Shown here piece by piece: positions 48,033-58,919 of a stretch of DNA of 64,000 bases. Below the pieces are notes generated by a model that did no database searches, was not told the origin of the DNA, and worked only from the letters and a program-made list of their open reading frames with translations. A program made the translations under genes and the position numbers. Location: NCBI GenBank assembly GCA_964384105.1, contig CAYLJV010000001.1:640001-704000 (forward strand). The letters run 5' to 3'. Numbering within the stretch: the stretch's first letter is position 1; each line of letters starts with the position of its first letter. The DNA comes from Candidatus Hadarchaeota archaeon (GTDB lineage: Archaea; Hadarchaeota; Hadarchaeia; Hadarchaeales; JAGGTB01).

Positions 48033-48206
48033 ATGCTGGAAGCAGAAAAGATAACTACCATATTTATTGGAATAGTTCTTATAGTGGCGGGAATAATGAT
48101 TCTTGAATACCCTCGCTTTGTTTATTATTGGGTTGCCGGTGCTTTTGTGCTTACGGGAATATCGTATATTCTCCGGGCTGTTAGGGAGAGCGATAAAGAT
48201 AGTTAA
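48033..48206 (+). CDS. small membrane protein (2 TM helices)
   Basis: ATG at 48033; GIVLIVAGIMIL.YP......V.G...L.GI hairpin pattern. Confidence 0.6.
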   Translation: MLEAEKITTIFIGIVLIVAGIMILEYPRFVYYWVAGAFVLTGISYILRAVRESDKDS

Positions 48207-48237
48207 TTTTCTAGATATGGGTGCTAATTATCCAGAA

Positions 48238-51078
48238 CTAGTCCCAAAATCGGTGAGTTCTTGCGTAAGTTCTTTCTGCTTTTAAGATTTCTCGATAGAA
48301 GTCTTCTTCTTCCTTATACTGTTTTGCTAAGATTCTTTTAGCAGTGGCAGGACCGATTCCTCTGGCTGACATGGCTATAATCGCTTTTTTTCCGTATGTA
48401 AGAATGAGATTACCAGCGTCTATTGCTCTTTTTATATTGTTTTCTTCTTTATTTTGGGTTTTAATTTTCTTATTCCTCTTTTTTAATGAATTGATGAGTT
48501 GATTCTTTCTTTTTGGTACCAATGTTAGATAGCTAGCACCACAGTTTTTACATACTGGCTCTTCTGAAATTCGCCTAACCCTAGTTAGAACTGACCAATC
48601 TCGGCAATTCAAGCAAAACACTTTGATTTGGTTATTGCGTAAGCGCTTTTTTAAGACATTGAGAATTTCTCTTTCCGCTCTTTTAGGTACTACTAATTCA
48701 CCTGAACTTGCAAGCTCATTTAATATGCTAAGCCCCATTGGGCTGGGCCCTTTCTCTTTCGGCCTAACTATAGCCTCTATTTTCACTTTTCCTTCTTTTA
48801 TTAGTTCTATAAATTCTTTTAACCGGGATATGTCAAGTTTCTCCTTTTTTACTTCTTTTTCAGTTTCCGTCCAAATCGGAGTGCCCCGAAAAGACTCGGC
48901 TATATTTCTCCAATTCAATTCAGAAAAATCTGCGTCTTTTTCAACAGCTCCAAACCTCTTAGCCACATGAAGAAGTCTCCATCGAAAAACAGAACTCTTT
49001 TCTAATATTTTTTCTATAAGGGGGTCTATATATTTTGATTCTAGTTCGTTCAGGGTTTTTTCGACTACTTCATTATCTTTTTTATTTGGCAAACGAAAAG
49101 CGATTCTGTATGGGTCACTTTTTACTCCGACACTTGTCCCCAGTCTTGTGGAAATAAGAGCAGATAGGATCTGCCCAAATGTTTTGTTTACTTTCGTGCC
49201 TAACGATGAATGTAAGACGACGAAATTTTCGTACTTTTCGATAACTAGTCGTTCATCATTTGGAACTGAGGCTTCATTAAATTGATTTCTAACGTATCGG
49301 ATGAACCATTCTGATGCATTTTGGTCTATGGGATATTTTTTTCTTAGCTCCTTTACAATGGCATTGTCATCCATTTCTTCAATTAGGAATTTTTCTATTT
49401 TCTTTCTTGACTTGGCTACTTCATTAGCAATTTTAAATGGGACGGGTATTAGTTCCCCTTCCCAAGCAGGGATTGCCCCGTAGGGGTCGTTTATCGGCTC
49501 CACTTTTACTTTATCCTCTTCTAATTCAAGGACGCGCCAAGCCTCTCCCTTGCATATGAATGTGATACCAGGCTCTGCGTTCCCCACAACAAATTCCTCA
49601 TCCAGTGTTCCAATTGATTCTCCTGAAACAAGATTTTGTATATGGTACTGCTTTGTATCGGGTATCATAGAAAGGTTTGTATAATAATATTTCCAGGATT
49701 TTTTACCTCTACTGAATTTGTTTTTATCTCTCCAAATCAACCTTTGTCGTAAAAGTTGTTTTAGAACCTCTGAGAACTCTTCTCTCAATAGTTTTCTGTA
49801 AGGGTAAGCTCTTTTTACTAATTCTAGAGTTTCTTGAGGATCTTTGACCCCATCAAGTGCGGTTCCTATTATCTGATGAGCTAATATATCAAGTGAATTC
49901 CTGTAAATCTCCGTTGGCTCAAGTTCGTTTCTTAATGTGTGTCTAGAAATCACTCCCGCTTCAATTACATCTTCTGGGTCGGTTGCAAGAATTGTCCCTT
50001 TGGAAGTCGCCCCTATCTCATGTCCACTTCTGCCCACTCTTTGGACTAACCTGGAAACTTGGCGAGGGGAACTGTATTGAATCGTAAGATCAACGTTCCC
50101 TATATCTACTCCTAGTTCCATGGAAGAGGTACAGATCAATGATTTTAAATTTGATTCTCTAAAATCATCCTCTGCAGCAATCCTAGATTCTTTGGACAAT
50201 GATCCGTGGTGAACATCAACGGGGAGGTCGGGGGCCCAAAGCTTTAAACGGGAACCTAAAGTTTCAGAGGCCTCTCGTGTGTTCACGAAAGTAAGAGCGG
50301 ATTTGTGCTCATTGATTAATTCTTTAATTCGGCGAAGTCTCGCAATCAGAGTAGGTGGGGCGTTGAGTTCATCTGATAGTTCTGCGTCCTTCTTATCAGG
50401 CATAGGACTTTCCACATTAATAGACAAGTCTTTTGTGGAGTAGGTGTCTATTATTTCGATATTTCTGTGAGTTCCGGCTAGAAACTTTCCAACTTCTTCT
50501 GAGTCACCAACAGTTGCAGACAACCCGATCCTTTGAAAATCCCCTGAAAGTCTAACTAGTCTTTCTAGCCCTATTGAAAGCTGTGTCCCACGTTTGCTCT
50601 CGGCTAATTCATGAACTTCGTCGACTATTACCCATTTTACGGATTTTAAGTGCTCTTTCATTCGACTGCCTGGTAAGATTGCCTGTAATGTTTCCGGAGT
50701 GGTAATTAGCATGTCAGGGGGTTCGAGTGCTTGTTTTCTCCTTTGATACTTGGATGTATCACCGTGCCTGACCTGAATACTTATTTCCAAAATGGACTGC
50801 CACCTCTTAAGCCTGTTGAGCATGTCTCTATTCAGTGCTCGCAGAGGTGCGATGTAAATAATTTTTATTCCTTTTTCCCTGCCTGTTTTCAGATAGTTGC
50901 TAAACACAGGGAGTAAAGCCGCTTCGGTCTTTCCAGTCCCAGTTGGAGCTATTAGAAGTGAATTTTCTCCGTTTAGTACCTTTTCTATGGCTTTTTTCTG
51001 TATAGGGCTGGGTTTTTTGAATCCAAATGACTTTATAGTTCCTCTAACCTTTTTATTTAGTTTCTCGAATGCATTCAT
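48238..51078 (-). CDS. lhr: Lhr-type DEAD/DEAH helicase with C-terminal Cys-rich motif
   Basis: APTGTGKT, PLRALNRD, RHGDT, ITTPETL, DEVHE, GLSAT, HHGSLS, TSSMELGVD, QRVGRSGH, MIPD, P.W.GE; C-terminal CxxC...CxxC. Confidence 0.94.
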   Translation of the reverse strand: MNAFEKLNKKVRGTIKSFGFKKPSPIQKKAIEKVLNGENSLLIAPTGTGKTEAALLPVFSNYLKTGREKGIKIIYIAPLRALNRDMLNRLKRWQSILEISIQVRHGDTSKYQRRKQALEPPDMLITTPETLQAILPGSRMKEHLKSVKWVIVDEVHELAESKRGTQLSIGLERLVRLSGDFQRIGLSATVGDSEEVGKFLAGTHRNIEIIDTYSTKDLSINVESPMPDKKDAELSDELNAPPTLIARLRRIKELINEHKSALTFVNTREASETLGSRLKLWAPDLPVDVHHGSLSKESRIAAEDDFRESNLKSLICTSSMELGVDIGNVDLTIQYSSPRQVSRLVQRVGRSGHEIGATSKGTILATDPEDVIEAGVISRHTLRNELEPTEIYRNSLDILAHQIIGTALDGVKDPQETLELVKRAYPYRKLLREEFSEVLKQLLRQRLIWRDKNKFSRGKKSWKYYYTNLSMIPDTKQYHIQNLVSGESIGTLDEEFVVGNAEPGITFICKGEAWRVLELEEDKVKVEPINDPYGAIPAWEGELIPVPFKIANEVAKSRKKIEKFLIEEMDDNAIVKELRKKYPIDQNASEWFIRYVRNQFNEASVPNDERLVIEKYENFVVLHSSLGTKVNKTFGQILSALISTRLGTSVGVKSDPYRIAFRLPNKKDNEVVEKTLNELESKYIDPLIEKILEKSSVFRWRLLHVAKRFGAVEKDADFSELNWRNIAESFRGTPIWTETEKEVKKEKLDISRLKEFIELIKEGKVKIEAIVRPKEKGPSPMGLSILNELASSGELVVPKRAEREILNVLKKRLRNNQIKVFCLNCRDWSVLTRVRRISEEPVCKNCGASYLTLVPKRKNQLINSLKKRNKKIKTQNKEENNIKRAIDAGNLILTYGKKAIIAMSARGIGPATAKRILAKQYKEEEDFYREILKAERTYARTHRFWD

Positions 51079-51248
51079 TTTTTCTCCTAATTTTTAGTCT
51101 CTACGAATTCAAGTGGTTCTTTAAAAGTTAATTATTAATTATTGGTTATCATATGAGATTGGAGAGTTGATTTCCGAAAACGTTTTTTAACACTTGTCGA
51201 GTATCTATTATAGTATAGTGAATTGGAAGTTTATATACCGGTGTTGAT

Positions 51249-53471
51249 ATGGGAAAAACATTAATAATAAGTGAGAAACCTAGCGCTGCATCTAAAATAG
51301 CCGGCGCTTTGTCTAAAAAGGAGGGTGCTCTTGAAAAGGAGCTAAATGGGGTTACTTACTATGAATTTGAAAGAGACGGGAAAAAAATAGTGGTAGTTCC
51401 GGCTCTTGGCCATCTTTTTACCTTGAAGAATAAGAAACCTATGAAGTACTATCCGATGTATGATATCGAATGGGTACCAAAATACGAGGCTAATAATACG
51501 TCGGGGAATTCCGAAGCTTTCATAAAAGCGATAAGCGAAATCTCGAAAGAAGCTAGCGAATATATAAATGCCACAGATTTTGATCAGGAAGGCGCAGTAA
51601 TCGGATACACAGTTTTAAAATTTCTCTGTGGTGATGGAGCTCCTGAGAAAGCGAAAAGAATGAAATTTTCGACATTAACAGCGGAAGAACTTGAAAATTC
51701 ATATAAGAATTTACTTCCCAATTTGAATCAAAATCTCGTAGATTCGGGGATAGCCCGTCACATGTTAGATTGGTATTGGGGGATGAATCTCTCAAAGGCC
51801 CTTACTTCCTCCGTTGAAGCGGCTCATGATCGTTTTGTAAAACTGTCTGTTGGTCGAGTACAAACACCAACTCTGAAAATTTTGCTGGAAAGGGAGAAGG
51901 AAATCGAGAAGTTCGATCCGGAACCATACTGGGTTATTGAACTTTTGTTTGATTTAGATGATCAGGAAGTAAAGGCAAGGCATAAAGAGAAAAAAATATT
52001 TGATGAAGACAGAGCGTTAGAGATAAAGAAGAAGTGTGAAGGCAAATCTGCCACGGTCTCAAATATAAAAACAAGAGAGTATACGAATACCCCACCCACA
52101 CCTTTTAATTTAAGTTCACTTCAATCCGAGGCCCATAAGCAGTTTGGTTATTCCCCAGCTAGAACTCAACAGTTAGCACAAATTCTCTATAATGACGCAT
52201 TGATTAGTTATCCCAGAACGGGTTCTAAGAAGTTGCCTAAGTCCATCGGATACAGGGAAATAATCAAGAAAATAGGTAAAATTCATGGATATAAAAAACG
52301 AGCTGAAAAACTCTTAAAAATATCCAAATTGGAACCCAATGAGGGAAAGGCAACTGACCCGGCTCATCCAGCTATTTATCCGACGGGTGTAAAACCTGAG
52401 GGTCTAGAAGGGCCTCGAAGAAGAGTCTATGACCTGATTGTTAAGAGATTTTTAGCTACTTTTGCTGATAAGGCGGTTAAGCAGAGTATGAGAATTGATT
52501 TGGATATCGAAGGAGAACCATTCTTCCTTAGAGGTCGAAAAGTGCTTGAGCCTGGTTGGCTGGAATATTATGCACCATACGGAACTACTGACGAAATCAT
52601 CCTCCCCGAAATACGCGAGGGGCAAATACTTGAACCCCAAAAATTCCTGTATCAGGAAAAGGAGACAAGTCCTCCTGCTAGATATAATCCTTCTTCTACG
52701 GTTAAGGAAATGGAAGATCGAAATTTGGGTACCAAGGCTACAAGAGCGGGTACCGTAGAAAATTTAGCAGATAGAAATTACATAGAGGGTGAACGTTTCG
52801 TTGTAACTGAAATAGGGAAACAGTTGATAGAATCTTTGAACGAATATTGCCCTGAAATCGTTAGTGAGGAACTTACTGCTCATTTTGAAAAAGAGATGGA
52901 AGAAATAGAGCAAGGTGAAAAGGATAAAGAGGAGATATTAGAAGAAGCTAAAAAGAAACTCAATGAGATTTTAGAAAACTTCAAAGAAAACGAAGAGAAA
53001 ATAGGAGAACCACTTGGTGAGGCCTATAGAAAAACCAGGAGGAACCAGAAGATTATGGGTGACTGCAAACTTTGTGACGAAGGCCAACTCAAAATAATTG
53101 TTTCTCGGAGGACTGGAAAGAGATTCGCTGGCTGTACCAATTATCCAAATTGTAATAATTCTTACCCCTTACCCCAAAATGGGAAGATTATACCTCTAGA
53201 CGAGTATTGCGATGAATGTGAGGAACCACGAATTAAAGTAATCCGAAAGGGGAAGAGACCATACACTATGTGCATTAACCATACTTGTTCAACAAAAGAT
53301 GATTGGGATATCGACCAATCAAAAATAGGAAAATCAACACCACCCCAAGATCAGAATATAACTCCATTAATGGAACAGTACCAGGAAGAGACTGACAAAA
53401 AGGCTAGAGATGAAGAAGGAGATTTGACTGATGAATATAAGAAGTGGAGAAGGAACAGGTCGAAGAAATAG
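51249..53471 (+). CDS. topA: type IA DNA topoisomerase with C-terminal Zn ribbons
   Basis: ISEKPS, GHL, TOPRIM ATDFDQEG, SVGRVQTP, ISYPRT (catalytic Tyr), AHPAIYPT, GTKATRA; C4 Zn ribbons. Confidence 0.96.
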   Translation: MGKTLIISEKPSAASKIAGALSKKEGALEKELNGVTYYEFERDGKKIVVVPALGHLFTLKNKKPMKYYPMYDIEWVPKYEANNTSGNSEAFIKAISEISKEASEYINATDFDQEGAVIGYTVLKFLCGDGAPEKAKRMKFSTLTAEELENSYKNLLPNLNQNLVDSGIARHMLDWYWGMNLSKALTSSVEAAHDRFVKLSVGRVQTPTLKILLEREKEIEKFDPEPYWVIELLFDLDDQEVKARHKEKKIFDEDRALEIKKKCEGKSATVSNIKTREYTNTPPTPFNLSSLQSEAHKQFGYSPARTQQLAQILYNDALISYPRTGSKKLPKSIGYREIIKKIGKIHGYKKRAEKLLKISKLEPNEGKATDPAHPAIYPTGVKPEGLEGPRRRVYDLIVKRFLATFADKAVKQSMRIDLDIEGEPFFLRGRKVLEPGWLEYYAPYGTTDEIILPEIREGQILEPQKFLYQEKETSPPARYNPSSTVKEMEDRNLGTKATRAGTVENLADRNYIEGERFVVTEIGKQLIESLNEYCPEIVSEELTAHFEKEMEEIEQGEKDKEEILEEAKKKLNEILENFKENEEKIGEPLGEAYRKTRRNQKIMGDCKLCDEGQLKIIVSRRTGKRFAGCTNYPNCNNSYPLPQNGKIIPLDEYCDECEEPRIKVIRKGKRPYTMCINHTCSTKDDWDIDQSKIGKSTPPQDQNITPLMEQYQEETDKKARDEEGDLTDEYKKWRRNRSKK

Positions 53472-53538
53472 ATCTCGTGATTGCTTTCTTTCCAGAAATT
53501 TTAACTTTTCCAATAATTAGTTTTGTTGGTGATAGAAA

Positions 53539-54840
53539 TTGAAGATAGCGGTACTTTCGGATTTTCATTTGGGGGCAAAATCTGGAACACAAAGAGAGGA
53601 TGACTCTTTTGATCAGGCTCAAAGCGCTATTGAAAAAGCACTAAATTTAGGTGCTCAACTCATACTGATTGCTGGGGATATATTTGATTCTAGAATTCCT
53701 GAACAAGAAGTGTTGTCTAAGGCCATGAAAATTCTTACTTTGGCCTCCGAAAGACCAAATAAACAAGTAGAACTTTTAGATACTATAAACAAAAACAGAG
53801 ACGAAATTTCAGCACTCCCAATAAGAGGGGTTCCCGTTATTGCGGTTCATGGAAATCATGAGAGGAGGGGAAGGGGATTCATAGATTCTGTCGAAACATT
53901 GGAATCTGCGGGTCTTGCTATAAGGCTTCATCATAATTCAGTAGTTTTCGGCACGAATGAAGGAGAAATAGCGATCCATGGTATGGGTTATGTCCCCGAA
54001 GAATATGCATTGGATGTATTAGATAAATGGGAGCCCAAACCAGTGAAAAATGCAAAGAATATTTTTATGATACACCAGGGATTAGGAAAATTTACTTTTT
54101 CACTCGAGAAGGAATCCGTTCTTCAACCTTCGGATGTTCCGTTAGGGTTCGATTTATATATTTCTGGCCATGTTCATTACCAAGCCGAATCGAAAATCAA
54201 CCATGCCCCCTTACTTTTCCCCGGGAGTACAATCCGTACTCAGCTTTTGCCTATTGAAGCCGAAAAGTCAAAAGGATTTTATATGTTAGACGTTGATTCT
54301 GACGAAATACACTACAAATTTATAGAACTTGGATCTGTCAGGGACTTCTTTTACAAGGAGAAAGAATTCGATAGTGCGCTTCCGAACCAAGTAGAAGAGT
54401 GGATTAAAATGGAACTTGATGAACTAAGCAAAAAAGCTAGAAAAAATCAGGACAAACTGCCATTAGTCCGGTTCAGGTTAAAAGGGACCTTGGCTAAAGG
54501 TAGCTCTAGAAGCGAAATTGATATCAACTCGATTAAATCTGATTACGAAGCAATGTTCTTACTTAGTTTTTCTTACAACGATCTTAATTCCCCGAGGTTA
54601 GAAGAAAAAACGAGATTTTTGAAAGACATAAGGGAGGAAAGAATATCTATGGAAGAGCGAGGAATGAAAATTCTCGAATCTAATTTAGAGGAACTTGAGT
54701 ACGATGGATTATTTGAGTGTAGGACACTATTCGAGATTTTGTCGGAAGAGAGAGTTGATGAGGCCTTTGGGGAGGTTTCCAAAAAACTGAGAAAGATGAT
54801 CAACAGAGAATTTGAGGATACCAATGATAACAAGAGTTAG
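53539..54840 (+). CDS. mre11: DNA double-strand break repair nuclease Mre11
   Basis: SDFHLG, AGDIFD, HGNHE, MIHQ, SGHVH, FPGS; overlaps rad50. Confidence 0.93.
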   Translation: MKIAVLSDFHLGAKSGTQREDDSFDQAQSAIEKALNLGAQLILIAGDIFDSRIPEQEVLSKAMKILTLASERPNKQVELLDTINKNRDEISALPIRGVPVIAVHGNHERRGRGFIDSVETLESAGLAIRLHHNSVVFGTNEGEIAIHGMGYVPEEYALDVLDKWEPKPVKNAKNIFMIHQGLGKFTFSLEKESVLQPSDVPLGFDLYISGHVHYQAESKINHAPLLFPGSTIRTQLLPIEAEKSKGFYMLDVDSDEIHYKFIELGSVRDFFYKEKEFDSALPNQVEEWIKMELDELSKKARKNQDKLPLVRFRLKGTLAKGSSRSEIDINSIKSDYEAMFLLSFSYNDLNSPRLEEKTRFLKDIREERISMEERGMKILESNLEELEYDGLFECRTLFEILSEERVDEAFGEVSKKLRKMINREFEDTNDNKS

Positions 54841-57217
54841 GCTAAAAAATTGGAAATCCCATGAAGAGACTGAATTGAAATTGGGGCAGGGTACCAACGT
54901 ATTGGTTGGGATAATGGGAAGCGGCAAATCGGCTGTTCTCGAGGCTATATCTTATGGTTTGTTCGGAACCCTCCCGGCCGTAAGAAATCGCAAGATAACT
55001 CTTGATGATCTTATAAGAAAGAGACCAGTTAAGAAAGACTTTTTGGAAACAGAAGTGGGGTTCACTACACCTACCGGCGATGAGTACAAAGTCAAAAGAG
55101 TCGTAGAAAGAGGGAAGGGGACTACCTATGCAGAATTGAGAGGGGAAGATGGCACTCTAATAGAAAAGCCAAATTCTACTAATGTGACCGAGCATGTTAC
55201 ATCTCTTCTTGGTATAGATTACGATTTTTTTGAAAGAATGATTTATGCAGAACAAAATCAGCTTGATAGATTTCTAACTTTGGAACCTAGAGAAAGAAGA
55301 AAGAAGGTTGATGAATTATTAAAAATAAACAAGTTTGAAAAGGCTAGAAAAAGTACCACCACGCTCGTTAATAGATTAAAAGATCGTAAAGCAGATAGAA
55401 AGGAGGATCTAAAAGAGTTAGAAGGCGACGATGAAATAGAAGCTCTTAGCTCTTTAGAGGAAGAGCTTGAAGAAACAAAAGCGGAAAAGGATACTCTAGT
55501 AAAAGAACTCAGTGAGATAAAGCCAGAGTTAGAAAAGGTTGAGAAAAAGTTAGGGAATCTCAATAAGATTAAAGAAAAAATTGAATCTTTTTCGAAGAGA
55601 ATCGAATCCATCAGGGGTAAACTGGAAGCATTGGATGAGCAGATAAATAACGCGAAAGAAAAACTCGGAAAAGACGCAGATTTTAATCTAGAGGATTTAA
55701 AAAAACGAAAAAATGTTTTGGAGAACTCTCTTCGTGAGTCCAAAGAGAAAGTTGAAGAATTGGAATCTAAATTGAGTTCTAATATAGCGGAAATTAGTGA
55801 GTTAAAAACAGAAAGGCGAACTTTTGAGAATAATGTTGATGAACTCGGGGAGACTATAGAAAAAAAAGAGCAAATTAAGAAAGAACTCAGTGACGTAGAC
55901 ATAGTAGAGATTTCTGAAAAATTAGAGAATCTCGAAAAGAAGAGAGAGGAGATAAGAGAGTCTGTTTCAACCTTAACGGCACATGTCGCTGAACTGAATG
56001 ATACTTTAGAGGATCTTAAAAAAGTAGAGTCAACTTGTCCAATTTGTGATCGGCCACTAAAGGAAAGTCACAGAAAAGAATTGATAGATAAAAAAACTGA
56101 GGATTTACAAAGGAAAAAGGCTGCGATTTCAGATCTCAAGATTAAAATTTCTAAGATCGAAGACAAAATAAGCGAAAAAAAGAGTGAAAGAGATTACTTT
56201 AAGGAATTGGAGAGGAAAGTAACTGATTTACCTGACCTAAAGTCACGACTAAACGACATAGAGAAAATAATTAAAGAAAAGGAGCATTCCTTAGAAGAAA
56301 AGAAAACGATAAGAGAAGTAATTAGAGAAAAGCTTGAAAATGGAAAGAAAAAAATCGAAAAAGTTCGTAGTGGCTATGAAGATGTTAAGAAAAAAATAGG
56401 TCTTTATGAGGATCTGAAGTCAGCTAGAAAATCTAGAATGGAAACAGAGAAAGAAGAAAGTAGAATTTCGGAAAAATTAAGTGAGAAGAAAGAAGAATAC
56501 GATGAAGAAGAAGTTAAAGAGCTAGAAAAAAGACATCAAGATTTGATTAGGAAGCAGGAAAGGGTTAAGACTCGGTTAGATGAAATAAAAAAGTTGATTG
56601 AACAGAAAGAGAAATTAGTTGAGAACATTCGGAAAAAGAAAGAGACTCTAGAAAGACGAAGGAAAGAAGTTGAATTCTTAACTGATTCGATTAATTCTCT
56701 CAACAAGTTTCAGAGAGCTTTATCAAAGAGCCAAACTTCTCTGAGGAGACAGGTAATAGAAGCTGTAAACGGTATGATGAATGATATTTGGGATAGTATC
56801 TATCCCTACGAAGATTTCCAGAAAATCCGATTATCTATCGAAGAGGCGAGAAAAACGAGTGATTACGAACTTCAAGTAATGGACAGTGCAGGGGATTGGA
56901 ATCCGGTAGAAGGTGTCACAAGTGGAGGGGAAAGAACATGTGCTTCGTTAACTTTGAGGATAGCTTTTGCGGTAGTATTGGCCCCGAGTTTGAGCTGGTT
57001 AGTACTTGATGAACCTACACACAATTTAGACTCGGAAGGAATTGACAATTTGTCCGAAATCTTTCGAGATAGAGTTCCAAAAGTCGTGGAACAACTTTTA
57101 CTAATAACTCACGAAAAGCGCCTGGAATCTGCTGTGAGTGGGTATTTATACCGTTTTTCAAGAGATAAAAGTGTAGATGGACCTACCGAGGTTGAAAGAG
57201 TCTATGAGCGGGGATAA
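54824..57217 (+). CDS. rad50: DNA double-strand break repair ATPase Rad50
   Basis: Walker A GIMGSGKS, Q-loop YAEQ, long coiled coil with central CPIC Zn hook, signature SGGE, Walker B LDEPT, ITH. Confidence 0.95.
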   Translation: MITRVRLKNWKSHEETELKLGQGTNVLVGIMGSGKSAVLEAISYGLFGTLPAVRNRKITLDDLIRKRPVKKDFLETEVGFTTPTGDEYKVKRVVERGKGTTYAELRGEDGTLIEKPNSTNVTEHVTSLLGIDYDFFERMIYAEQNQLDRFLTLEPRERRKKVDELLKINKFEKARKSTTTLVNRLKDRKADRKEDLKELEGDDEIEALSSLEEELEETKAEKDTLVKELSEIKPELEKVEKKLGNLNKIKEKIESFSKRIESIRGKLEALDEQINNAKEKLGKDADFNLEDLKKRKNVLENSLRESKEKVEELESKLSSNIAEISELKTERRTFENNVDELGETIEKKEQIKKELSDVDIVEISEKLENLEKKREEIRESVSTLTAHVAELNDTLEDLKKVESTCPICDRPLKESHRKELIDKKTEDLQRKKAAISDLKIKISKIEDKISEKKSERDYFKELERKVTDLPDLKSRLNDIEKIIKEKEHSLEEKKTIREVIREKLENGKKKIEKVRSGYEDVKKKIGLYEDLKSARKSRMETEKEESRISEKLSEKKEEYDEEEVKELEKRHQDLIRKQERVKTRLDEIKKLIEQKEKLVENIRKKKETLERRRKEVEFLTDSINSLNKFQRALSKSQTSLRRQVIEAVNGMMNDIWDSIYPYEDFQKIRLSIEEARKTSDYELQVMDSAGDWNPVEGVTSGGERTCASLTLRIAFAVVLAPSLSWLVLDEPTHNLDSEGIDNLSEIFRDRVPKVVEQLLLITHEKRLESAVSGYLYRFSRDKSVDGPTEVERVYERG

Positions 57218-57241
57218 TCGGTTAAACAAAATTTTTGGTCG

Positions 57242-57931
57242 TCAATCAAAATTTTCTAGAATTATTTTTATCGCTTCCTCTACACCTTTGCCATAGGACT
57301 CTTTAGTGGTATGGTTACTTGCCTCCTTTGCTTTTTGATCTGCATTAGCAGGCGTGAAGCTTTTTCCAGCCTCCTTTAACATCTCTATGTCGTTCTGAGC
57401 ATCGCCGATGGCAGCTATTTCAGAAGCCGAGCAATTTAAAATTTCGGCAACTTTTTTCAGAGCTTCTCCTTTATTGATGTTAGGGTTTCTAATATGAATA
57501 GCGAATCCAGAATCAACAGCTGTAATTCCCAATCCCTTGGCTTTCAAAATTTTTGTTGCCTCTTCGGCATTGAAGGTTCTTTCTAAGGTTCTACCTGCGC
57601 GTCTCCTATTAGAGGTAGCTGTATGTTGAATGTCCCCGAATTCTTCTTCTAGTATTTTCACTGCTTTATTCAGCTCTTTTGAATCTCCTAACAAGTACTC
57701 TTTCTCTGAAGATTGGTCAAACACGATTCCTCCGTCTTCTGCTATCAAAGGTCCACTTGTGCCAAGGAGAACAGCAGCTGTTCTGGCAAAGCATAAAATA
57801 TTGCCTGTTGCCAAGCATATTTTGATCCCTGAGGCTTCGGCACTTCGTATAGGCTCAATAGCGTTTACGTCTAATTGTCGTTTTTCATCTGTTATAGTCC
57901 CGTCAATGTCTAAAGTAATCGCTTTTATCAA
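57242..57931 (-). CDS. phosphoglycolate phosphatase, archaeal HAD-IIB type
   Basis: DIDGTIT, LATGN, IAEDGG, DSGFAIHI, NKG, GDAQND. Confidence 0.9.
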   Translation of the reverse strand: MIKAITLDIDGTITDEKRQLDVNAIEPIRSAEASGIKICLATGNILCFARTAAVLLGTSGPLIAEDGGIVFDQSSEKEYLLGDSKELNKAVKILEEEFGDIQHTATSNRRRAGRTLERTFNAEEATKILKAKGLGITAVDSGFAIHIRNPNINKGEALKKVAEILNCSASEIAAIGDAQNDIEMLKEAGKSFTPANADQKAKEASNHTTKESYGKGVEEAIKIILENFD

Positions 57932-57942
57932 GAAAATACACC

Positions 57943-58902
57943 TTAATCTCTAATACCCTCGCTAGTTATCCGAAATACCGCTTCTCCCTCTGGTAATTCA
58001 GGGCTATCAACTACTCTAGCTATTCTTCTCGAACCTCTTGATTTCCTTAAGTAAATCCTATTTGTAGCAGAGTGTCCCATTATGTGTCCTCCTATCGGCT
58101 GGGTTGAATCACCTAAGAATGCGTCAGGATTCGCTTGTACTTGATTCGTTACCACAACTGCGACATTATTCAGATCCGCAATTCTATGAAGAGAAAGAAG
58201 ATGTTTTCCGAGTTTTTGTTGTCTCTCCGCTAGATTCTCTCTTCCGATAAATTCGGCTCTAAAAAGAGAGGTTACAGTATCCACCACGAGAAGTCTAACA
58301 TTTTTTTCTTCGACTAAATCTTGAGCTTTTTCTGCTGTTATCAATTGCTGATCGGTATTCATGATTTTGGCGACATAAATATTCTTAAGAGCTTCTTGTG
58401 GGTCTACCCCTACATCTCGGGCCATACTTTCTATTCTCCTAGGGCGGAAAGTATTCTCTGTGTCCAGATAAATTGCTCTTCCGTCTAGGCCTCCTTTTTC
58501 CTTGGGAAGTTGAGTGTTAACGCTAAGCTGATGAGCTATCTGAGTTTTACCACAACCAAATTCTCCAAATATCTCTGTAACTGCTTGGGTTTCGATTCCA
58601 CCACCGAAAAGACCATCTAATTCTTCACTACCTGTGGTTATCCATCCAACACTATCTCTTTTTTCTAAAATTTTATCTGCAGTCACAAACTGATCCTCCC
58701 CGCATACTTCTTCAGCCTCCTCGATTATTTTTCTGGCTTTTTCCTCGCTGATTTCGGCTATTTTTTGAATGTCTTTTATTCTGGCGGTAGCAATAGATTC
58801 TATTGTTTTATAACCTTCCTCCCTAAGTTTGCGGGCAGTAGCCTCTTTTAATTCCGATAGAGAGTTAATACTTTTATTTTTTTCCAATTTTCTTCTCCTC
58901 AT
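57943..58902 (-). CDS. radA: DNA recombinase RadA
   Basis: N-terminal HhH domain, F.TA polymerisation motif, [43 protein letters not shown]. Confidence 0.96.
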   Translation of the reverse strand: MRRRKLEKNKSINSLSELKEATARKLREEGYKTIESIATARIKDIQKIAEISEEKARKIIEEAEEVCGEDQFVTADKILEKRDSVGWITTGSEELDGLFGGGIETQAVTEIFGEFGCGKTQIAHQLSVNTQLPKEKGGLDGRAIYLDTENTFRPRRIESMARDVGVDPQEALKNIYVAKIMNTDQQLITAEKAQDLVEEKNVRLLVVDTVTSLFRAEFIGRENLAERQQKLGKHLLSLHRIADLNNVAVVVTNQVQANPDAFLGDSTQPIGGHIMGHSATNRIYLRKSRGSRRIARVVDSPELPEGEAVFRITSEGIRD

Positions 58903-58919
58903 TTGTTTGAAGAGCTGGA

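Noticed and set aside
53355-53385. TPLMEQY resembles the MutS N-terminal TPMMQQY motif
   Set aside because: A seven-residue match with no further MutS domain I sequence; likely coincidence.
55258-55902. Long antisense ORFs (214 aa opposite rad50, 174 aa at 43844-44368, 154 aa at 60364-60828, and others)
   Set aside because: Ser/Phe/Leu-rich shadows of Glu/Lys-rich genes on the opposite strand, fully overlapping well-supported CDS.
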